Shown here: positions 7,886 through 16,191 of the stretch, in pieces
Position numbering within the stretch: position 1 is the stretch's first letter
Layout: every line of letters begins with the position of its first letter
Virus record (IMG/VR): IMGVR_UViG_3300026178_000071
DNA: 58,682 bases
Direction: 5' to 3' (one strand)
Origin: a virus
Program-made: the position numbers and the translations under genes
Notes under the pieces: generated by a model
What the model saw: only the letters and a program-made list of their open reading frames with translations
Databases searched by the model: none
Told to the model about the DNA's origin: nothing

Positions 7886-8009
7886 CTTGGCCCTAGATCG
7901 CTGTACTGATACGCAACCTCCGCTTCAACGAGACTGGAACGATTGACAAAGAGCGTTTGTGTGCATTGAGCACTTCAGAAAGACACTGGTACACTTCCCG
8001 ACAGATCGC

Positions 8010-8369
8010 TTATTCCACGGGGTACGCGTCCCCCGTTGCTCCCTTTGCCCGCAACTCCGCGAGTCGCACTTCCAGGCGGAGTTGCTCGACCTCGGTTTCG
8101 GCAAGCCGTAAGGCCAGATAGACCAGCCGTTGCGCGCTCTCGGCTGCGGCCAGGGTCTTGTATTCCTCGGCCAACAGGGTGCGCTTCGATGCTTCGCGCT
8201 CGGCTTCGTTCTTGCCGGTGATCTGTCCGGCCAGCGTAAGGCCCGCCGTCTTGGTGGCAATGTCGTTCTTGGCATCGAGTACCGCTTCGTCGGCTTCCCG
8301 TGCGTCCCGCATGTACATGCGCAGCGCGTTGTAAGCGTTGGAGATGCGTGTCTCACTCAGCATGGTCAT
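8010..8369 (-). CDS. Hypothetical coiled-coil protein (119 aa)
   Basis: [19 protein letters not shown]...; the ATG overlaps the recT stop (ATGA). Confidence 0.5.
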   Translation of the reverse strand: MTMLSETRISNAYNALRMYMRDAREADEAVLDAKNDIATKTAGLTLAGQITGKNEAEREASKRTLLAEEYKTLAAAESAQRLVYLALRLAETEVEQLRLEVRLAELRAKGATGDAYPVE

Positions 8370-9469
8370 GCCTCCTCGAACAGTGGGGCGGTCTCGGCCT
8401 GGGGTTCGGGTGCGTCCTTCACCGCTTCCTTGTCCTCGGCATACTGCCGGAGCGCCGTCCACACGGCGTCAATGTTGTCGTTCGTGACGGTGAAGATGCC
8501 AAGCTTGCGCAGCGTACCCTTGATGTGCCAGCCGTCCACGTTACCTTTGGCGTCCTGGTAGTAGGGGCAGGTATTGACGAACGTGCGAACCTCCGCGCCG
8601 TAGCGGGAGGACTTGAAGATTACGTCCTGCTCCTTCCCGCCCTCGCCTTCCTTCTTGTCGGGCGGGGGTGGGGGAGGGGTCGCGGCCTTGCGCGCCGTGC
8701 CATTGCCGCCATTGGTCGGGGCCGGGGGCGGTGGTACTGAGTTGCCCGCGAGTTCAGCCTCGAACTCGCCCTCGAACTCGCCCTCGATAACGGCGTCAGC
8801 GTGGTCCCATACAACACTTTCTTCATTCGGTGCGACCAACGCGGCGATGGTCTTGCTTGGCGTCTGCGAGACTTGCCGCACTTCAGGGACTTGCGCCTGC
8901 GCCATTTCCTCGGTAGTGTACAATCCGCTCAACTCCTGCGGGAACGCCTTGCGCAGGGCCAGCGACTCGGCACACTTGGCTATCATCAAGTCGGGCATCT
9001 TCTTCCACATGGGCGAAACGTGCCATTGCCCGTCACTGAAGTACTGTTGCACGTAGGTATCGAAGCGTGCAACCGCCCACATCGGTTCTTTGAAGTCCGT
9101 GCGCAACACGCCAACCTTGGCCGCAGCGGGGGGTTCGTCCTCGAACCAGACCTCGCGCCACACACCATCACGGCCACACCACAGCGGGCCAAGCTGACCA
9201 GCATACTTGCCGGTGCGCTCGGCAATCAGGCGAAAGCCGTCGATGCTGACCTGAACAGCCATGACGTACCGCTTCTCTTTGCTGTCGTACCGCTTGATCG
9301 CGTAAATCTGCCGGGAGAACGGGTCGAGTCCGGTGCGGTTGGCTTGCTGTACGAACAACGCCAGTTCGTCGTCGGTCGCGCCCTTGGCAATGGTCCGCTT
9401 GATAAGATCAATCTGCTCACGGTTGATCTGCTGGCGCTGCTGCGTGATGGTCAATGCCGCTTCGTTCAT
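8366..9469 (-). CDS. recT: RecT-family single-strand annealing recombinase with C-terminal extension
   Basis: [28 protein letters not shown]...[18 protein letters not shown]...[28 protein letters not shown] is the RecT signature. AGGAGG SD. Confidence 0.85.
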   Translation of the reverse strand: MNEAALTITQQRQQINREQIDLIKRTIAKGATDDELALFVQQANRTGLDPFSRQIYAIKRYDSKEKRYVMAVQVSIDGFRLIAERTGKYAGQLGPLWCGRDGVWREVWFEDEPPAAAKVGVLRTDFKEPMWAVARFDTYVQQYFSDGQWHVSPMWKKMPDLMIAKCAESLALRKAFPQELSGLYTTEEMAQAQVPEVRQVSQTPSKTIAALVAPNEESVVWDHADAVIEGEFEGEFEAELAGNSVPPPPAPTNGGNGTARKAATPPPPPPDKKEGEGGKEQDVIFKSSRYGAEVRTFVNTCPYYQDAKGNVDGWHIKGTLRKLGIFTVTNDNIDAVWTALRQYAEDKEAVKDAPEPQAETAPLFEEA

Positions 9470-9480
9470 GGTGTGTCCTC

Positions 9481-9624
9481 CTAGTATGGGAGTTCTGATG
9501 CGTCCATGATGAACCGGGGGTCCCCACCCCCGGCAGCAATCAGGGCATCGAGTTCTGCGATGTTCTGCGGAAACAGGTCGGCGGGGTCCGCTTCTGGTGC
9601 GAAGTCGGTCGGGTCAGGAGTCAT
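9481..9624 (-). CDS. Small ORF (47 aa), acidic
   Basis: Not in the ORF track. [51 protein letters not shown] overlap with the upstream gene; GGAGG SD. Confidence 0.35.
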   Translation of the reverse strand: MTPDPTDFAPEADPADLFPQNIAELDALIAAGGGDPRFIMDASELPY

Positions 9625-9992
9625 TGTCGGACCTCCTGTTCGGGGTAGACGATGAACGTCATGTCCGTGCCGTCGAGCTTGGCCTTGCCCGTGGGTCCGG
9701 CCCAGGTGCCGTCAGGCTGCTCGGTCCAACCCTCGCTCTTGCAGAACTCCGCCAGGGTGCGGCGGTCTTGCTTGGCGACGAAAGAACCCTGGAAAATCTT
9801 TCCGGTGAAGCCCTTGGTTTCACGCAAGTGGGCTTCGTTCAAGTTGTCACGGTAGACGTAGAACGTCTCGAAGATTCTCTCAGAGAGAGTCGTTGTGCGT
9901 GGTTCGAGTGGGAGCGCCTCCGCGCTTTCGAGCAGCGCGTTGTACTCCCTTAGTGTGGCCGGTGAGTACCGCTTACCCTGTGCCTTGTACAT
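9621..9992 (-). CDS. Hypothetical protein (123 aa)
   Basis: ORF track 9621..10040. I prefer ATG 9992 (MYKAQGKRY), which follows AGGAGG. Confidence 0.5.
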   Translation of the reverse strand: MYKAQGKRYSPATLREYNALLESAEALPLEPRTTTLSERIFETFYVYRDNLNEAHLRETKGFTGKIFQGSFVAKQDRRTLAEFCKSEGWTEQPDGTWAGPTGKAKLDGTDMTFIVYPEQEVRQ

Positions 9993-10003
9993 CGTCTGTC
10001 CTC

Positions 10004-10240
10004 CTAGCGTGCGAACTTCGTGAGCTTTGCCAGCAAACACGTTGACCTTTTGAGAGCGGTCATGCTGGCCTCGATTGCCTGAGCGTCGTGCCGTTGACGC
10101 AGCCGCTTCGCCACGGGTTCGAGTTCCTGCGCGGCGTCCAACATGGTCGCTTGCACCTCACCCGTCAGGAACTCGAACCGGCGCATGTCTAGCCCCGGAA
10201 CCTCTACCGTCACTGTCACTTTTACCCTGCGTCTGCCCAT
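10004..10240 (-). CDS. Hypothetical protein, first gene of the leftward early operon
   Basis: ATG 10240 (MGRRRVKVTV...). The GTG at 10258 in the track abuts the -10 box. Confidence 0.45.
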   Translation of the reverse strand: MGRRRVKVTVTVEVPGLDMRRFEFLTGEVQATMLDAAQELEPVAKRLRQRHDAQAIEASMTALKRSTCLLAKLTKFAR

Positions 10241-10258
10241 GTCCGTTACCTCAGTCAC

Positions 10259-10287
10259 ATACTACCACTGTAGGTAAGTACTGTCAA
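10259..10287 (-). promoter_or_regulatory. Sigma70-type early-left promoter: TTGACA - 17 nt - TAGTAT
   Basis: Minus strand -35 at 10287-10282 and -10 at 10264-10259. A second TTGACA at 10321-10316 has a weaker TACTCA -10. Confidence 0.6.
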
Positions 10288-10335
10288 GCCCCCTGAGTAA
10301 CCAATATTGTCATGTTGTCAATCTTTTAAGGTTCA

Positions 10336-10357
10336 GTTGGGATAAAGTTGGGATAAA
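10336..10357. repeat. Tandem 11-nt direct repeat gttgggataaa x2 in the divergent control region
   Basis: Read directly. It is a candidate operator between the leftward and rightward units. Confidence 0.7.
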
Positions 10358-10384
10358 ATAGGGTTACGGGAGGAAGCGAAGATT

Positions 10385-10570
10385 ATGGACAAACAAACCG
10401 GGCAGGAACGGGACATACTCCCGGCGCTCTCAGTGACAGACGTTGCGATGTTACTGACGGCTTGCGGTAGTAGCCGGGACCGGGCTATCATTCTCTGCCT
10501 GCTCGATTCGGGGATGCGCGCGGCGGAGTTCTGCGCGCTCGATGTGGCCGACTACGACTTGATAACTTGA
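10385..10570 (+). pseudogene. Truncated tyrosine recombinase (integrase) fragment, 61 codons
   Basis: LSVTDVAMLLTACGSSRDRAIILCLLDSGMRAAEFCALDVADYD matches the start of the catalytic domain, including the first catalytic Arg box. The Lys, HxxR and Tyr boxes are absent, and a stop follows at 10568-10570. Confidence 0.5.
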
Positions 10571-10596
10571 CAGTGTAAAGAGAAGCGTTGTACACT
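10567..10596 (+). promoter_or_regulatory. Sigma70-type promoter TTGACA - 18 nt - TACACT, with an embedded inverted repeat AGTGTA-N13-TACACT
   Basis: -35 at 10567-10572 overlaps the stop of the integrase fragment. -10 at 10591-10596. AGGAGG lies at 10603-10608 and the ATG at 10613. Confidence 0.6.
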
Positions 10597-10612
10597 CCCA
10601 TCAGGAGGTACG

Positions 10613-11029
10613 ATGCCAGACGAGAGAACGCCATGTCAACGCGCGGCCCTGATCGCCTATTGGTTCGGTCAGGGTGAAGGTCTCACCCGTTCCCAAATCC
10701 GCAAACTAAGCGGAATGTCACGGTTTGGCACGAGTCGCTTGTTGAAAGCCCTGCAAGGTGTCCTAGACATACGCCAGGACGACGAAGGGGTTTGGTCGTC
10801 TCATTACGACAAGCCGTCGCTTCCGCTCACGTCTCGCCAGCGTGCCGCGCTCATCGGATACGAGTTTGCCACAAAGGGCGAAGCCAGAACCAGCGACTTC
10901 GCAAGGCGATGGGGCATGAGTCGCCACACGATCTATCAAATGCTCTCTAGCCTCTCCATCGTCCTGCCGATCTACTACGACGAGCACAGCCGGACTTGGA
11001 AGGTACTCGACCTGCGTGAGTTAGACTAA
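10613..11029 (+). CDS. Tandem winged-HTH regulator (internal duplication); candidate repressor or switch protein
   Basis: There are two repeats: QRAALIAYWFGQGEGLTRSQIRKLSGMSRFGTSRLLKAL and RQRAALIGYEFATKGEARTSDFARRWGMSRHTIYQMLSSL. It is the only intact rightward gene in this region. Confidence 0.55.
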   Translation: MPDERTPCQRAALIAYWFGQGEGLTRSQIRKLSGMSRFGTSRLLKALQGVLDIRQDDEGVWSSHYDKPSLPLTSRQRAALIGYEFATKGEARTSDFARRWGMSRHTIYQMLSSLSIVLPIYYDEHSRTWKVLDLRELD

Positions 11030-11248
11030 CTTGTAAGCCGCGGCTGCGCGCCCGCTGGTTCTGCGCCGCCCGACCTCGATCACCCGGCCCGCAGCAATGG
11101 CCCGCGCAATGGCGGGCTTGGCTTGGTTGTAGCTGATGCCGTGCAGGTCCGCAAACTGCTGGCACGTAAACTCGTCATCGGCCAGCGCCGGGACGATGTA
11201 TTCCCGGCCCACCCGTAACAGCATCTCCCGTGCTTCTGTTTCTGTCAT
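11021..11248 (-). CDS. Small wHTH-like protein, last gene of the accessory operon
   Basis: FTCQQFADLHGISYNQAKPAIARAIAAGRVIEVG. ATGA overlap with the upstream gene. It converges on and overlaps the regulator gene by 9 nt. Confidence 0.45.
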   Translation of the reverse strand: MTETEAREMLLRVGREYIVPALADDEFTCQQFADLHGISYNQAKPAIARAIAAGRVIEVGRRRTSGRAAAAYKLV

Positions 11249-12114
11249 AGTTCCTCAACTTGATCTTGTTCAATGGTGATGCGCCAGTCGTTATGCTCCG
11301 TCACCTTGCCGTCCGCGGCGACCTCAAACACCAGCATACCAACGTTTGAGAGGGCGAACGGGGCAACCATGTGTACAAAGCTGTCCTTGACCTTCCAGGC
11401 TGGTGCGATGTAGCCGGTCACAGCTACGTTGCCGTCCGCCCGGTACGCATCGCGCCGCAGATACTCGTGGTGGTGCGCGGTGATGACGTAGCGCGGCGGT
11501 TGTTTGCCGGACTCCAGGGCGATGTCGTACAGCGATTTGAGCCATGCTGTGAATGAGTTGCCCTTGGTGTGGTTGCGGTTGCCCGGTCCCGAACCGGGCT
11601 TGTGGGTGAAGTCGAACCTCGTGCCGTTGACGGACAACTGCAAGATGTTGCTGGACGCGCGGGTGCTGTCCTGGGGGTCCAGACCCAACACGGCACGGGC
11701 TACCCGCTCCATGCTCTGCCCGTCCTGACCGTCATGGGGGTCGGACCCGCTCACAAACCTGATGCTGTCCCCCTTAGCGGGGTTGAACTTGGCGATCTGT
11801 AGGCCAGACTCAATTACGGCCACGGCCATCGCCTCCTGTGTGTCGATGCGGGAGATTACTGTTTGCGTCGAGCCGTGGTGCTGGCCCTCGACCACATCGC
11901 CATCTACCACGACGATAAGACGCGCACCCCGGCGCATCATGCGGATACGCTGCCAGCAATGGACATAGTGCTCTAGGATTTGGTGTTGCAGTTCGTTGAG
12001 GGGTAGTTCGTTGCCTTCCGGCCTGCGCCAACGGGCGGGCGCGAGCGCGAACGGACTACCTTGATGGAGGTCGTTGACGACCACAATCAGGGCTTTGTCG
12101 GGCGGTTGTGTCAT
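11245..12114 (-). CDS. Calcineurin-like metallophosphoesterase
   Basis: VVVNDLHQGS (DxH), VVVDGDVVEG (GDxx), SGSDPHDG (GNHD-like) and ITAHHHEY (His cluster) appear in canonical order. Confidence 0.55.
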   Translation of the reverse strand: MTQPPDKALIVVVNDLHQGSPFALAPARWRRPEGNELPLNELQHQILEHYVHCWQRIRMMRRGARLIVVVDGDVVEGQHHGSTQTVISRIDTQEAMAVAVIESGLQIAKFNPAKGDSIRFVSGSDPHDGQDGQSMERVARAVLGLDPQDSTRASSNILQLSVNGTRFDFTHKPGSGPGNRNHTKGNSFTAWLKSLYDIALESGKQPPRYVITAHHHEYLRRDAYRADGNVAVTGYIAPAWKVKDSFVHMVAPFALSNVGMLVFEVAADGKVTEHNDWRITIEQDQVEEL

Positions 12115-12117
12115 GGT

Positions 12118-12819
12118 TCAACCCGCAAACAGGTTGTAGAGCCACGGCGCAAGTAGAACCGCCATGATTAGGGCCACCGTCAGGGGTACGTAAAGCCGTT
12201 GCTGCGTGCTTTTCCGCCACTCCTTTACGTCCCGTTCGATGGAGTCTAACTGCGCTTTCATGCTGCCGATCTCCTTTGTAACGTAGGCGAGACAGTCGTC
12301 AATCTCGCCGTGTGTTGCCATGTCGCCGTTGATGAGGACGGGCGTGTTTACTTCGTCGGGGTACAGTCGGCCAAGCGTGACGATTGCCCGGTCATATGAC
12401 TCCCTGACCTTGCTTGTCTGCTGGTAGGCCCGGTAGAACGTCTCGGCAAACCGCTTCGCCGCATCGTCGCCAATCTCGGAATCATGCGCGATGATGGGGA
12501 CGTGTAGTTCGTTGTGGAGCGCCGTGCCGACCCTGAGCGAGTCACAAGCGTTGATGAAGATAAACCGCAGCCGGGTTTGATCTGCGCACATGCTGGTCAA
12601 GTCAGCCTCGTCCAGGGGGCCGTCCGCGAGTTCGAGCACGCCCTTGCCACCATGTCCGGCAAAGTGCATGGCGTCCCATTTCTCGCTCTTGATGACCCGC
12701 GTCAAGCCCGCCCGGTCTATCGAGCCGTTGACCACTTCTGGCCGGGTGCCGCTGACGATACGGGTTAGTTCGGTGTTGGTGTCCAGGTTCGAGCGGGGAG
12801 CGATAAAGAGTGTTCGCAT
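12118..12819 (-). CDS. Caspase-fold (CHAT/C14-like) protease with C-terminal coiled coil and TM anchor
   Basis: His box DAMHFAGHGG and Cys box RFIFINACDSL about 45 aa apart. The C-terminus has KAQLDSIERDVKEWRK followed by LYVPLTVALIMAVLLAPWLYNLF. Confidence 0.55.
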   Translation of the reverse strand: MRTLFIAPRSNLDTNTELTRIVSGTRPEVVNGSIDRAGLTRVIKSEKWDAMHFAGHGGKGVLELADGPLDEADLTSMCADQTRLRFIFINACDSLRVGTALHNELHVPIIAHDSEIGDDAAKRFAETFYRAYQQTSKVRESYDRAIVTLGRLYPDEVNTPVLINGDMATHGEIDDCLAYVTKEIGSMKAQLDSIERDVKEWRKSTQQRLYVPLTVALIMAVLLAPWLYNLFAG

Positions 12820-13199
12820 CAGTCCTCCCCCGTTCCGCTGCCTGCGGGAGATGTAGGCGAACCCTCTACCAGTGGCGTGCGTGTGGCGTCCGGCGTGTTG
12901 TCCGGCAGCGGCGTGCGCGTGCCGTAGACTCCGGTCGCGGTGGGGGTGAAGGTCGGCGGCAGCGTCGGCGTGATCGTGGCTGATGCCGCAATCGTCATGG
13001 TCGGCGTGACGGTCGCCGTGTTGGTGGCCGTCGCGGGTATGGCTGTGTTCGTGGCCGCAGGCGTGATAGTCGCCGTGGCGTCCTCGAACAGCAAGCCGTC
13101 AAAGGTGCGCGCCGGTTCCCGTTCGGTCATTTGACCGATAAGCCAGATGCCTAACAATACCGCACACCCCACAATCAGGAGTGTGACCAGCTTCTTCAT
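12819..13199 (-). CDS. Thr/Pro-rich envelope protein with N-terminal signal-anchor or lipoprotein signal
   Basis: MKKLVTLLIVGCAVLLGIWLIG, then TATITPAATNTAIPATATNTATVTPTMTIAASATITPTLPPTFTPTATG. Its stop overlaps the CHAT-like start by 1 nt. Confidence 0.5.
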   Translation of the reverse strand: MKKLVTLLIVGCAVLLGIWLIGQMTEREPARTFDGLLFEDATATITPAATNTAIPATATNTATVTPTMTIAASATITPTLPPTFTPTATGVYGTRTPLPDNTPDATRTPLVEGSPTSPAGSGTGED

Positions 13200-13219
13200 A
13201 AGTGCCCCTTTCGTTGCAA

Positions 13220-13247
13220 ATTATACCACTCTGCTTACTGGTGTCAA
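13220..13247 (-). promoter_or_regulatory. Sigma70-type promoter TTGACA - 16 nt - TATAAT (TGg extended -10)
   Basis: Minus strand -35 at 13247-13242 and -10 at 13225-13220, 20 nt upstream of ATG 13199. Confidence 0.65.
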
Positions 13248-13257
13248 TTGTGCTTAC

Positions 13258-13782
13258 TCACGCAGCGTTCGCTACCCCGCGCTCCACGAAAACTTTGAGT
13301 CGCCCATCGACCCAGGCTTGATACAGGTCATGTTCCCAGGCGTCCCATAGCCTATAGCCCTTGGACCGTAGCCGCTCCGCTGATACAAGGTCGCTCCGCT
13401 TGCGTTCCGGCAGCGAATGCCAATAATCGCCCTGAACCCTGACCAGTACCCGTTGCCCGCCGAAGTACACCAGGAAGTCCACGATTGCGCCGCCGACTCG
13501 CAGCCGTCCACCGTCCTCGCTGCGCTGCCACTGGAATATATAGCCCAACCAGACCAGCGCCAGGGCGACCATGATCTCCGGCAATGTGCCGGCCAGTGGA
13601 ATGAGGGCCTGCTTGTCGGTGCTCAACTGGCTGATAGCCTGCATGACCTCGGCGTAGATGCGTTCGTAGTTCAGGCTTTTGCTGATCTTGGTCTTGACGC
13701 CCTTGGGCTTACCCCCTGGTAGGGGCAGCTTGCGCGCCTTGCCACCCAACTTCTTGAACGCCTTGCCCAAGGTCACGGTCAT
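13258..13782 (-). CDS. Vsr/DUF559-like endonuclease-fold protein with Lys-rich N-terminus and a hydrophobic segment
   Basis: IVDFLVYFGGQRVLVRVQGDYWHSLPERKRSDLVSAERLRSKGYRLWDAWEHDL matches the Vsr-like pattern. The N-terminus is MTVTLGKAFKKLGGKARKLPLPGGKPKGVKTK. The start is taken at ATG 13782. Confidence 0.55.
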   Translation of the reverse strand: MTVTLGKAFKKLGGKARKLPLPGGKPKGVKTKISKSLNYERIYAEVMQAISQLSTDKQALIPLAGTLPEIMVALALVWLGYIFQWQRSEDGGRLRVGGAIVDFLVYFGGQRVLVRVQGDYWHSLPERKRSDLVSAERLRSKGYRLWDAWEHDLYQAWVDGRLKVFVERGVANAA

Positions 13783-13818
13783 GGTTGTGCCTCTACAGTA
13801 AGATTGCAATTGTCAAAA

Positions 13819-16191
13819 TTAGATTTCCTGCAAGCGGACCACGGCGAGCATGACGCCCTTATCGCCCGCCTCGTTCATCACGTCCGGCATCTCGGAGATG
13901 GAGTAGTCCACGATGTGCACCGTGCGTTCCGTGCCATACCACGCATGATGCGTGATAGGTTCTTTCGCCTCTCGCAGCGTTTGCAGGTCGGCCAACTGTT
14001 GCGCCAGATTGCGGGTGTACAGCACGCCATTACGATTTTCCTGCCAGTCGGCCAGCTTGAACGCGCGGGTGAAGGAGCGCACATCTTCCGGTCGTTCCAT
14101 GTACTTGACAACCAGGGCTTCCACGGTCGGCGTGAACTCGGTCTCCGCGCCGTTGGTCAACACAATCTTCAACTGGCACTTGTGGCTGTGCGAGCCAGCC
14201 GGGAAGGTGAACTCCGCAAGTCCCTCGCCTGCCGCCTGCGTCGTGCCGACCTGTTTCCACGCGGCGTTCTCGTTCTCCCGCCAGTACAGCGTAATCGTGC
14301 CGCTGCCCGTGCTGTTCGAGGTATCCGTCATGGACACGTACGCGGTAATCCAGTCCTTCTCAATCGTGCGGATATTGCCGTCGAACCAGGACGTAAGGAG
14401 ATACCCCTCGTCGGCGTACTCCACGTTCGGGACAAGCCAGCGCCGGGCCGTGTCGGTCGGCAGTTCCAACCACTTGACGAGCATACCGTCGCCAATCCAT
14501 AGCCGGGGTTGCTCGCCGTACCAGCCGGGTTCCAGACACATGCCCCGCATCATGTGCGACTCAACGCCCTCGAACGCCGCGAGCGGATGCCAGTGGCCTT
14601 CAGCGTAGGACAGCAACACGGAAGCGCCGATGTCGCTGATAGTCCACATGTCCGCGCCACTGTTGTAGTAGTCCACCGTGCCAGCTTCGCCCAGGACGTA
14701 GAGCGTGCTGAGCGTTGACACCGCTGCCCGGTAGGTCAGCCGCTTGTTGGCCGTGACGTTTAGGCCCGTGTCAGGACTGATGGATTGCAGGACGTTGCCG
14801 ACCGTGTAGCGCATTATGCCGTTGCCGATGTTGAAGTAGAGATCGCCCAGGTGTACGACCATGAATGAGAAGTTGGCCGCGTCAGCCAGCGAGAGAAAGT
14901 CCACGATCTTCTGGCACGTCAGCGACCCCGTGACCGGGTAGCCTGCCGGGACCGTGATCTTGTACAGACCATCGTCCTTGCCGACCCATACCGACCCGTT
15001 CCACGAGACGATGTTCCGTATCTGGTAAGTCCGGTCGCCCACCTTGGCGGAGGAATTGCCCCAGGTCGCACCGTTGTAGAAGTCAACCTCATGCCTGTTG
15101 TAGCCGTAGGCGAGCAGGCTGTCATGCACGCACAGCGCGGTGGCGTAGTGATTGGCGGGCGATGTGATATTCTCCCAGGTCTCAGTTCCGCCAACGTCGC
15201 CGTCGAAGCGCGCTATTGGCACGTCATCACCCAGGCCCAAATACAAATAGGCGTGTGTGTCGGACGGTCCCCGATACCACGCATGGGCCACAATGTCACC
15301 CGGCAGGAGCGGTTGACTGAGAACCGGCGTTGGCGTCGTGCTGTTGCCGACGTAGTACAGCGTGCGCCCCGACCGCAGCCACACCCGCATGATGCCGTCC
15401 TCGCCCGCCCCGATGAAGGGCACTACCGGCGAGTCGGGCCGGTCAAGGTAGTCATCGGCCCAAAACGTGAAGCGTGCCCCGTCGTGCGCGGTCCAGCCGC
15501 CGACCGACCAGTAAGCCGCCTCCGTCGCACCCGTCACCTCTTCAATCGCCCACCACGCCTTCACCGTGTCCACGCTCTCCACGCTTATCCAGTACGAGAC
15601 ATTCGCCGTCACCGCCAGCACCGCCGTGAGCGCAGCGCAGACCCATTGCCCGTGCGCTTTGAGTGTGCCCGCGGGTATCGTCGCAGTAGCGAGCACCGTC
15701 CCAGGGAGGTTGCCAACGTTGTCGTAAATCTTGACGTTGATTGTGCCTAGCCCCTGGTCGCCACGCATGTACAACCACACGGCCCGCAAGTTGGTCATGC
15801 CGGTCGGGGTGTCAAACTTCTGCGCCACCCCCGGCCTACCCGATGAGATCGACATAAAAGATGACGGGGTGAAGGTATGGGGGAAAAGGGTAGTGGTTGC
15901 GGTGAGGCGCGGACCCAGGACGATACGCCCGCCGCGCGTGTCCACGTTGTAGCTGTTGAGGAACATCGTGGGGTCCGTCAGTCGCTCTTGGCCCATACCG
16001 CCCGTGAAGTCGGACATTGCCAACATCGCAATGGCGTCGTAGTCCGCGTACGAGCGGTCGCCCGTGGTGGACTTGGGAGCAAAGGGCGACGATGACACGT
16101 TACTGAGCGTGCCCGGCTTGGCGAGCATGAAGGGGTAACGCTGGCCCTCATGCACGAACCATTCATCGTGTGTAACGTATTCGCCGCTCAT
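13819..16191 (-). CDS. Large virion tail protein (790 aa), function unassigned
   Basis: ATG 16191 overlaps the stop of the fibre gene (ATGA). The call rests on size and position at the distal end of the late block; no motif was recognised. Confidence 0.45.
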   Translation of the reverse strand: MSGEYVTHDEWFVHEGQRYPFMLAKPGTLSNVSSSPFAPKSTTGDRSYADYDAIAMLAMSDFTGGMGQERLTDPTMFLNSYNVDTRGGRIVLGPRLTATTTLFPHTFTPSSFMSISSGRPGVAQKFDTPTGMTNLRAVWLYMRGDQGLGTINVKIYDNVGNLPGTVLATATIPAGTLKAHGQWVCAALTAVLAVTANVSYWISVESVDTVKAWWAIEEVTGATEAAYWSVGGWTAHDGARFTFWADDYLDRPDSPVVPFIGAGEDGIMRVWLRSGRTLYYVGNSTTPTPVLSQPLLPGDIVAHAWYRGPSDTHAYLYLGLGDDVPIARFDGDVGGTETWENITSPANHYATALCVHDSLLAYGYNRHEVDFYNGATWGNSSAKVGDRTYQIRNIVSWNGSVWVGKDDGLYKITVPAGYPVTGSLTCQKIVDFLSLADAANFSFMVVHLGDLYFNIGNGIMRYTVGNVLQSISPDTGLNVTANKRLTYRAAVSTLSTLYVLGEAGTVDYYNSGADMWTISDIGASVLLSYAEGHWHPLAAFEGVESHMMRGMCLEPGWYGEQPRLWIGDGMLVKWLELPTDTARRWLVPNVEYADEGYLLTSWFDGNIRTIEKDWITAYVSMTDTSNSTGSGTITLYWRENENAAWKQVGTTQAAGEGLAEFTFPAGSHSHKCQLKIVLTNGAETEFTPTVEALVVKYMERPEDVRSFTRAFKLADWQENRNGVLYTRNLAQQLADLQTLREAKEPITHHAWYGTERTVHIVDYSISEMPDVMNEAGDKGVMLAVVRLQEI

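Noticed and set aside
7692-8009. Possible tRNA, small gene or origin in the 318-nt gap
   Set aside because: No cloverleaf-compatible arms were seen by eye. The candidate ORFs are 9-19 codons with weak SDs. Only a single GC hairpin is notable, so the region is left unassigned pending a tRNAscan/Infernal run.
6285-9484. Plus-strand ORFs antisense to early genes (6285..6752, 7014..7469, 8300..8740, 8801..9484 and others)
   Set aside because: They are antisense to genes with clear family motifs such as RecT. They lack SDs and have compositions (Arg/Leu/Gly/His-rich) typical of non-coding frames in GC-rich DNA.
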